This document shows positions 58,968 through 64,000 of a stretch of DNA of 64,000 nt, one piece after another (the stretch's first letter is position 1; each line of letters opens with the position of its first letter). The position numbers and the translations under genes are program-made. Under the pieces are notes generated by a model. That model worked only from the letters and a program-made list of their open reading frames with translations. It ran no database searches and had not been told where the DNA came from. The stretch is from an uncultured delta proteobacterium (GTDB lineage: Bacteria; Desulfobacterota; Desulfobacteria; Desulfobacterales; SG8-13): contig CAWKCK010000017.1 in NCBI GenBank assembly GCA_963848135.1, positions 620,001-684,000 on the forward strand, written 5' to 3'.

Positions 58968-59915
58968 ATGAATTCTCCCCGGTGGTTTCTACATCCAATA
59001 TTTATATTCCTGCTGTCCATCATTGCCCTCGGCCTGTCACTTTTCCTTTATATTTACTGGTACATGGAAGCCAGCATCGGCCTGCGGGCGGTTATCGAGC
59101 GTTTCAACCTCGACAGGGGGCAGGTCCTCAGATCCGAGACCTGGATGGTGATCATGGTCCTGTCACTGCTGGTGGGCATCATCCTGATGGGTATTTTCGG
59201 TATTTTTGTGTACAGCCAAAAAACGGTACAGTTGTACCGCCTTCAAAACAACTTTATCAACAACTTCACCCATGAACTCAAAACTCCGGTGACATCGTTG
59301 AAGCTGTTTTTACAGACGTTTTCCAAACACAACCTGCCGCGGGCGGATCAGCTCAAATACATCCAATACATGATCGCTGATGTGAGCCGCCTGGCCGAAA
59401 ATATCAACCGAATCTTAAACCTGGCAAAAATTGAAAGCAAAAGTTATGCGAACGAATTTGTCGATACGAACATACTGAAAACCATCGACAGTTTCTTTGA
59501 TAATAACAGACACTTATTTCAAAACAGTTGCATTCGAATTCATCCCCCCCCACGAGAGCTCTCCACCTACCGGATCAATCCGCCCCTGTTCGAGATGTTG
59601 TTGATGAACTTAATGACCAACGCCCTGAAATATAACGAATCAGAAAAACCGACAGTCGATATCCGGTTTGAGGTCGAATCGCGAAAGCTACGCATCCGCT
59701 TTGAAGATAACGGTATCGGTATCGATAAAAAGGAACTTCGTAAAATATTTAGAAAATTTTACCAAATCGGCCGCATCGACAACATGAGCGCTAAAGGCAG
59801 CGGCCTGGGTCTATCCCTGGTTCAGACAATTGCCCACATCCATAAATGGAAAGTGACGGCCAGCAGCGATGGCCGGGGGATGGGGTCTAAGTTTATGCTG
59901 GTTTTGCCCATGTGA
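58968..59915 (+). CDS. Membrane sensor histidine kinase (short extracytoplasmic loop)
   Basis: Two TM helices, THELKTP, NLMTNALKY, DNGIGI, GSGLGL. Confidence 0.94.
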   Translation: MNSPRWFLHPIFIFLLSIIALGLSLFLYIYWYMEASIGLRAVIERFNLDRGQVLRSETWMVIMVLSLLVGIILMGIFGIFVYSQKTVQLYRLQNNFINNFTHELKTPVTSLKLFLQTFSKHNLPRADQLKYIQYMIADVSRLAENINRILNLAKIESKSYANEFVDTNILKTIDSFFDNNRHLFQNSCIRIHPPPRELSTYRINPPLFEMLLMNLMTNALKYNESEKPTVDIRFEVESRKLRIRFEDNGIGIDKKELRKIFRKFYQIGRIDNMSAKGSGLGLSLVQTIAHIHKWKVTASSDGRGMGSKFMLVLPM

Positions 59916-60044
59916 TTCCGGATAATATTCTGGTGGTCGCATCGGGTTATCTGTTATTTTAGAATTTATTGGGCCGAATTATCGTATCGTATTGGCGTAG
60001 CCTCAATTTTTTCAAAACCCAGTAAGTAGGGGTCGAACAGCTTC

Positions 60045-60773
60045 ATGGCATCAACAGAAAAAAACATCATTTTGGTTATCGAGGATGACGCCCACATTGC
60101 CGAGGGGCTGAAACTGAACCTGTCTTTGCAGGGATACGAGGTCGTCAGCGCAGCCGACGGGCCATCCGGACTTCAAAAATGGAAACAGATCCGACCGGAC
60201 CTGATCGTGTTAGATATTATGCTCCCCGGCATTGATGGCCTATCCGTATTGAAAGCCATCCGTCTGGAAGATGACCGCCTTCCCGTACTCATCCTGTCCG
60301 CGAAAGCCGCATCGGATGACGTGGTCAGAGGCCTCTCTTACGGTGTGGACGATTATCTGGCGAAACCGTTCAATTTGGAAGAATTTCTGCTGCGTGTGGA
60401 GCGCCTGCTAAAGCGTGCTGGATGGAACCGGCATGCGAACACGCCGCAGACACCAACTCGGGCCAATTTCAAGTTCGGTGGCAATACGATCGATTTTGAA
60501 AAAAACATCGCCCATTGCCGGCAGGGACAGATCACCCTGACAGAGCAGGAAGTCAAGCTTCTGAAGCTCTTCATTGCCAATCGCGGTAAACCCCTTTCCC
60601 GTGACGCTCTCCTTGAAATCGGCTGGGGGTATACCCGCAATATCACGAGCCGGACGGTCGATAATTTCATCGTCCGTTTGAGAAAGTATTTCGAGGAAAA
60701 CCCCAAAGATCCGGTATATTTTATTAGTATACGATCAATCGGTTATATGTTCGACCCTGGCCCACCACAATAA
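60045..60773 (+). CDS. OmpR/PhoB-family response regulator
   Basis: LVIEDD, LDIMLP, DDYLAKPF, SRTVDNFIVRLRK, IRSIGY. Confidence 0.95.
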   Translation: MASTEKNIILVIEDDAHIAEGLKLNLSLQGYEVVSAADGPSGLQKWKQIRPDLIVLDIMLPGIDGLSVLKAIRLEDDRLPVLILSAKAASDDVVRGLSYGVDDYLAKPFNLEEFLLRVERLLKRAGWNRHANTPQTPTRANFKFGGNTIDFEKNIAHCRQGQITLTEQEVKLLKLFIANRGKPLSRDALLEIGWGYTRNITSRTVDNFIVRLRKYFEENPKDPVYFISIRSIGYMFDPGPPQ

Positions 60774-60836
60774 TCGCTGTTCTTTCGCGGTCAACAAAAA
60801 ACATTCCGTTGCGCGAACGTTATTTATATCAGGGAT

Positions 60837-60939
60837 CGGGGAGTTTTTCCCGCAAATGCTGAACCAGAGCGGATGGAATGATCAGCAGCGCAAGCGGGCA
60901 CTGTCTGAATACTTTAGGCCGCCTGGGGAAAGAACAGCG
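60837..60939. repeat. About 103-bp dispersed intergenic repeat, copy 2
   Basis: Ungapped match to 29785-29887. Confidence 0.8.
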
Positions 60940-61374
60940 GATAGCCCGGCTCTCGGAATCAGGCCACAAACGCGGTAAAATATTTGAGTTCCCATTTGGG
61001 GCGCTGAAGGGGTGATCGTATGCAACCGCAGGGCCCTCCGGATCTTCCGTAATTCCAAAATGGACTTGGGGAGTGTTCTCTATAGATGATCGCCATCCAC
61101 CCACCATCAAAATGTAAAACTTTTGTAAAACAGACCTTCTGCCTTGCGATCCTTGTATATGCATTTTAGTATGAATAAGTCAGTCTGTATTCACCCCTGA
61201 ACCGGGAATCAAGCGGATCGTACCGTTTGGTCTTGTCAGATCCGATTGAAACCTAGCCGGATTCGTATCCTTTCCAAATGGCAGGGAACCAGAACTGCCC
61301 GTTCAGGGATAATCAATCTTACGCATTACGACCCGCTATTTCGGGTCAGTACCAGCAAGAGCCCAAAGGCAATC

Positions 61375-62520
61375 ATGATGAATTTACCCGAATTGAGAAT
61401 TGGCAATCATATCAGTCCTGTTCCGATCATCCAGGGTGGTATGGGTATCGGTATATCACTTTCACGCTTAGCATCCGCTGTCGCCAATGAAGGCGGGATC
61501 GGTGTCATCGCCGCAGCGGTGGCGGGAATCCACGAACCCGACTTCGCCACCAACAGTGCTCAGGCGAACATCAGGGCCTTGGGAAATGAAATCAGAAAGG
61601 CGCGCCGTGCGACCTCAGGCATTCTCGGTGTCAACATCATGGTTGCGCTATCGGATTTCGCCGATATGGTGCGGACCTCCATTACGGAAGGAATCGACAT
61701 CATTTTCTCGGGAGCCGGCCTGCCATTGGATCTTCCGAGCTATCTGACTCCCGGTTGCAACACAAAACTGGTGCCGATTGTATCCTCGTCAAGGGCCGCA
61801 AAGATCCTGTGCAAAAAATGGCTGTCCCGCTATGATTACCTTCCAGACGGCTTCATTGTGGAAGGCCCCAAAGCCGGTGGACATATTGGCTTTAAAGAAA
61901 ATCAGATTGATGACCCGGCGTTTGCTCTCGAGCAACTGATTTCAGAGGTAATCGCTGTCACCAATGAATACAAAATGACAAAGGGACAAATGATTCCGGT
62001 CGTCGCCGCTGGCGGCATATACACCGGCGAGGACATTTACAACTTCCTTAAATTAGGGGCAGCCGGTGTCCAACTGGGCACACGATTTGTTGCCACCTAT
62101 GAGTGTGATGCGGATGATGCCTTCAAGCAGGCCTACATCGATGCCAAAAAAGAGGATATGGTCATCATCAAGAGCCCGGTGGGGATGCCCGGCAGAGCGA
62201 TTCACAACGCATTTATCGATGGGGTGAATCAAGGCAAGAAAAAACCGTTCAAGTGCCCTTTTCATTGTATTAAAACGTGCGAGGCTCACAAAAGCCCCTA
62301 TTGTATCGCCATGGCACTGGGAAATGCGCGCAAGGGAAAATTCAAAAACGGTTTTGCATTTGCCGGAAAAAACGCATACCGGGTCGAAGAGATCGTATCT
62401 GTAGCCGACCTGATGAATTCCCTGATAAGAGAGTACTCCCTGACAGCTGTTTCAAGGTTGTCTCTCGGGGATGCCGATGGGGTCCTGGACGATCGTTTCC
62501 AGGCCATGGCTGCAAGATAA
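61375..62520 (+). CDS. Nitronate monooxygenase/FabK-family flavoprotein with C-terminal Cys cluster (FabX-like)
   Basis: PIIQGGMGIG, SGAGLP, VEGPKAGGH, AAGGI, GVQLGTRF, SPVGMPGRA, CPFHCIKTC...YC. Confidence 0.88.
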   Translation: MMNLPELRIGNHISPVPIIQGGMGIGISLSRLASAVANEGGIGVIAAAVAGIHEPDFATNSAQANIRALGNEIRKARRATSGILGVNIMVALSDFADMVRTSITEGIDIIFSGAGLPLDLPSYLTPGCNTKLVPIVSSSRAAKILCKKWLSRYDYLPDGFIVEGPKAGGHIGFKENQIDDPAFALEQLISEVIAVTNEYKMTKGQMIPVVAAGGIYTGEDIYNFLKLGAAGVQLGTRFVATYECDADDAFKQAYIDAKKEDMVIIKSPVGMPGRAIHNAFIDGVNQGKKKPFKCPFHCIKTCEAHKSPYCIAMALGNARKGKFKNGFAFAGKNAYRVEEIVSVADLMNSLIREYSLTAVSRLSLGDADGVLDDRFQAMAAR

Positions 62521-62551
62521 CGTAACGGGCTACTATACAGATCGCAAGCGT

Positions 62552-64000
62552 TCACGGCTTTTTCTCCCCTCGATAAGCGGCTGCTTTTTCATGATCGTTC
62601 ATGGTTTGGTAGCAATTCGCGATGTATTCCTTGGCCTGGTGTGAGTGCTTGAATGGCAACATCTGAGCCAAAGCCTCGTCAAATCGCGCCAGGTTCATGA
62701 AACTGACCCCCAGGCAAATATTGAGGTGCTCGTTTTGCGGGTAATGACGCACCCCCTCTTCGAGAATCGCATGGGAGCCCTCGAAACGCCTCCCCTTCTG
62801 AAGGATTATCCCGAGCCCGAGAAAAGCCCGCTGGTCCGGGTGATAGCCCAGCGCTCGCCGGTAAAGAGCTTCGGCGATTGAGGCCTTGTTCGGGATGGCC
62901 TCGATACCGGCATAATCGCCATGATCGAAAGTCATGGCAAGGCGCGAAAGAAAATCAGCGTTCAGCTGATAGAAATCTTCCCTGTCTTCCAGTTCCAGTG
63001 CTGCCACGGCATCGGGTAACCCCTCGTAAAAACTCTGCCGCAAGTCTCTACCGAAAGATAGAACCTGTTCCTGATCCAGGTTTGGATCGGTTTCAAAGTA
63101 GAGGATGTCCTCGATGCGTTCGAGCCATATGTCGTCCGTGACGCCGGCGGCCTGTTTATAAACTTCATACAAGGCCGTTCCGGGAAAAAGGTCGAGTATG
63201 TAAAAAACAACACTGAGAGGTTTGATACGCCTGATCAGATCGATGGTTGCCTGTATCGTCTGCTGTGTCTCACCTGGACAGCCGTATATGAAATAGGCCC
63301 GGGAAAGCATGCCGTAACGCGTCGTCAGTCGGAAAGCGCGCTCAATCTGGCTGTCGGTGAATTTTTTATTCAACAGGCGTCGTATATTCGCTGATCCGCT
63401 TTCAACGCCATAGCTGATTTGAATACAGCCGGCTTTGCGCATCCAGGTGAGAATCTCCCGGTCGACCATATCGACACGGGATATGGCCTGCCACGTGATC
63501 TGGAGATTTCGCTTGAGAATCAAGCGGCAAACCTCCCGAACGCCTTTGCGGTTGACGGTGAAGGTGTCATCGGAAAAGAAAAAATGGCGCACGCCTTTAC
63601 GGCTCAAGTATTCGAGTTGATCAACGAAATAATCGGGCGAGTGGGAACGAATTTTCCGGTGCCAGAAATTCGGCGACCCGCAAAATGTACAGCCGCCAGG
63701 ACAGCCGCGGGTCAGTGATATGTGTCGATAGGTAAAGTGCTGCGCCGGATTGGTCAGGGCGTCGAGTTCCTTTATCTGCTCATCGCATTCATTGAAAATC
63801 ACACTTCCGTTCTGACGCTGGGCAATACCGCCGATAGAGGCCACATCGGCGGAACGGCCTTCGCCCAGGCTCTGAACCAGTTTTAGAAAGCTGTGTTCAC
63901 CTTCACCGATGACCACATAATCAATTTGGGAAAAATGTGTCAGCAAATGATTCCACAGATAGGAAGCGCCGATACCACCAAAAACAATACGAACACGTGG
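62552..64000 (-). CDS. B12-binding radical SAM protein with TPR tail (5' end outside the window)
   Basis: Frame open to 64000 (PRVRIVFGGIGAS). VVIGEGE, TRGCPGGCTFC, SDDTF, YGVESGS. Confidence 0.92.
   Translation of the reverse strand, partial: PRVRIVFGGIGASYLWNHLLTHFSQIDYVVIGEGEHSFLKLVQSLGEGRSADVASIGGIAQRQNGSVIFNECDEQIKELDALTNPAQHFTYRHISLTRGCPGGCTFCGSPNFWHRKIRSHSPDYFVDQLEYLSRKGVRHFFFSDDTFTVNRKGVREVCRLILKRNLQITWQAISRVDMVDREILTWMRKAGCIQISYGVESGSANIRRLLNKKFTDSQIERAFRLTTRYGMLSRAYFIYGCPGETQQTIQATIDLIRRIKPLSVVFYILDLFPGTALYEVYKQAAGVTDDIWLERIEDILYFETDPNLDQEQVLSFGRDLRQSFYEGLPDAVAALELEDREDFYQLNADFLSRLAMTFDHGDYAGIEAIPNKASIAEALYRRALGYHPDQRAFLGLGIILQKGRRFEGSHAILEEGVRHYPQNEHLNICLGVSFMNLARFDEALAQMLPFKHSHQAKEYIANCYQTMNDHEKAAAYRGEKKP

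Noticed and set aside
60829..61164. 111-aa minus-strand ORF as a real gene
   Set aside because: Its only support is the repeat, and the equivalent frame in copy 1 contains stops. Reported as a repeat instead.
1..64000. tRNA, rRNA, tmRNA, RNase P RNA, CRISPR arrays, transposases, phage or defence genes
   Set aside because: No signature sequences or regularly spaced repeats seen by eye. A tRNAscan or Rfam run would be needed to exclude them fully.

Overview
Mostly core chromosomal DNA. Gene content (OlsF-like acyltransferase, HesB-like selenoprotein, rhodanese-ferritin fusion, FabV, MesB-like methionine synthase, several USPs) points to an anaerobic deltaproteobacterium, probably Desulfobacterales-like (inference). 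About 55 CDS are supported, including lepA, ndk, mutY, a peroxiredoxin, fabH, fabV, proA, two Hsp20s, a YcbK/YcbB-type pair, signalling proteins and two radical SAM enzymes. I found no rRNA, tRNA, CRISPR array, transposase or prophage. Not shown by the ORF track: two in-frame UGA (selenocysteine) genes with downstream SECIS-like hairpins (HesB-like 10981-11295; YHS-domain 48134-48613), a frameshifted Hsp20 remnant, a 164-bp MITE, and two dispersed intergenic repeat families (one 97 bp with a compensatory base-pair change, one about 103 bp). The best candidate for an undescribed system is the divergent pair of an OlsF-like double acyltransferase and a DedA/ATP-grasp fusion (2410-6371), possibly a peptidolipid synthesis and flipping module. 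A Ser/Thr kinase coupled to a degenerate GGDEF protein is another candidate. All family assignments come from motif recognition by eye; no database searches were run.
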